A DNA stretch of 64,000 bases, taken from the NCBI GenBank assembly GCA_963770895.1, contig CAVYRF010000002.1, forward strand, positions 192,001 through 256,000, read 5' to 3'. Numbering within the stretch: the first letter of the stretch is position 1; each line of letters begins with the position of its first letter. Source of the DNA: an uncultured Acidobacteriota bacterium (GTDB lineage: Bacteria; Acidobacteriota; Thermoanaerobaculia; Multivoradales; UBA5704). Positions 63,201 through 64,000 of the stretch are shown here, one piece after another. Below the pieces are notes generated by a model, which worked only from the letters and a program-made list of their open reading frames with translations, did not search any database and was not told the DNA's origin. The translations under genes and the position numbers were made by a program.

Positions 63201-64000
63201 ACCACGGCAACGGCCTCCGGCGTCCGCCGCGCCTGGCTTGCGAACAGCTCGTGCACGCAGGCAGAGGACGCCGGGCCCGACGCGGTGTCGTTCCATTCGA
63301 CCAGGATCTGTCCGCGTTCCTCCGGGCTCAAAAGCGGCAACAGCGCGAAGGCCCGCTCGGGACTGCCGGCCGCCGCCGCCAGCAACCGCTCGAAATGCCC
63401 CGCCAGCCGGTCCATGGTCGCGGCGTCGAACAGGTCGGTGGCGTACTCGAGCGCACCGGCCAGCTCGCCCGCGTGCTCTTCGAGGGTGAGCGTCAAGTCG
63501 AACTTCGCCGTCGTCGCCCGCACCGCCACCGGCCGCAGGCGCAGGTCCTGGATCGCGAGCCTGCCGACCGGAGCGTTCTGCAGCACCAGCATCACCTGGA
63601 ACAGCGGGGTGTGGGTGAGGCTTCTCTCCGGGGCCAGCTCCTCGACCAGCTTTTCGAACGGCACGTCCTGGTGCATGTAGGCCGCCAGCGACGTCTCGCG
63701 CGCCCGGCCCAGCAGCTCCTGGAAGGAGGGCAGGTTGCCGCTCAGGTCGCCGCGCAGCACCAGGGTGTTGACGAAGAATCCGATCAGTCCTTCGATCTCC
63801 ACCCGATTGCGGCCGGCGATGGGGGAACCCACCGCCAGGTCGTGCTGCCCGCTGGTGCGCGCCAGCAGCGCCTGGAAAGCGGCGAGCAGCACCATGAAGA
63901 GCGTCGCTCCCTCGCGCCGGGCAAGGGCCTCCGCCTGCCGGGTGACCCCAGCGGCCAGCCGCACCGGCCGCACGGCGCCGCGGAAGCTCTGCACCGCCGG
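45254..64000 (-). CDS. Terminal multimodular NRPS (5' end outside the window): C-A-T-C-A-T-C-A(NMT)-T-C-A-T-ST-C-A-T-TE
   Basis: Five A domains (Y/FTSG.TG.PK; YG(P/S)(T/S)E), five T domains (GGHSLL four times, GGNSI once), C domains with HHIASDG or HHVICDG, an N-methyltransferase ([18 protein letters not shown]), a sulfotransferase ([14 protein letters not shown]) and a TE (GWSAG). Frame is open to 64000. Confidence 0.97.
   Translation of the reverse strand, partial: [6248 protein letters not shown]
49280..50140 (-). other. Sulfotransferase domain inside the NRPS (approximate limits)
   Basis: [30 protein letters not shown] (5'-PAPS loop), [22 protein letters not shown] (3'-phosphate motif), [16 protein letters not shown]. 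Confidence 0.88.
54000..55300 (-). other. N-methyltransferase interrupting A domain 3 (approximate limits)
   Basis: [49 protein letters not shown], YANDP. Confidence 0.9.

Noticed and set aside
116-63680. Many long overlapping ORFs rich in Arg/Ala/Gly/Pro (e.g. 1941-3941, 4915-7239, 13515-16328, 49761-53480)
   Set aside because: Off-frame or antisense shadows of real genes in high-GC DNA; no recognisable motifs.
1-64000. CRISPR array, tRNA, rRNA or prophage genes; Craspase (type III-E) context for the CHAT proteins
   Set aside because: No regularly spaced repeats, cas genes, structural RNA genes or phage genes recognised by eye.

Overview
High-GC (roughly 70%, judged by eye) bacterial DNA. 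The gene families (ADOP-type duplicated permeases with an acidobacterial PadR, TPR-CHAT proteins, an IPTL-CTERM protease) suggest Acidobacteriota, probably Thermoanaerobaculia-like; this is inference. Left to right: the 3' end of a DUF2399/TIGR02679 (Wadjet type II JetD-like) gene; an MtfA-like peptidase; an ADOP permease; a run of three clan-CD protease genes (active TPR-CHAT, catalytically dead TPR-CHAT, cytoplasmic C25/gingipain-like); a graspetide precursor with a Lys-less microviridin-like core plus an ATP-grasp ligase; GH92 and secreted proteins; a PadR-ADOP pair with twin operators; an S8 protease; an outer-membrane barrel; glycerate kinase; a rearranged accessory patch (31.5-37.2 kb) with a fluoride riboswitch-DUF190/CBS gene, duplicated fragments, a dynamin remnant, two orphan lanthipeptide-like precursors and a Cys-rich secreted protein; two more permeases; an EctB-like Dab aminotransferase; and the 3' 18.7 kb of an NRPS. 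The NRPS reads C-A(Pro-like)-T-C-A(Lys2/Aad-like)-T-C-A-NMT-T-C-A(Dab)-T-sulfotransferase-C-A(Ser)-T-TE. The best candidates for new biology are the NRPS with an internal CurM-like sulfotransferase after a Dab module, and the clan-CD protease/pseudoprotease/graspetide locus. All family calls come from motif recognition by eye; no searches were run.
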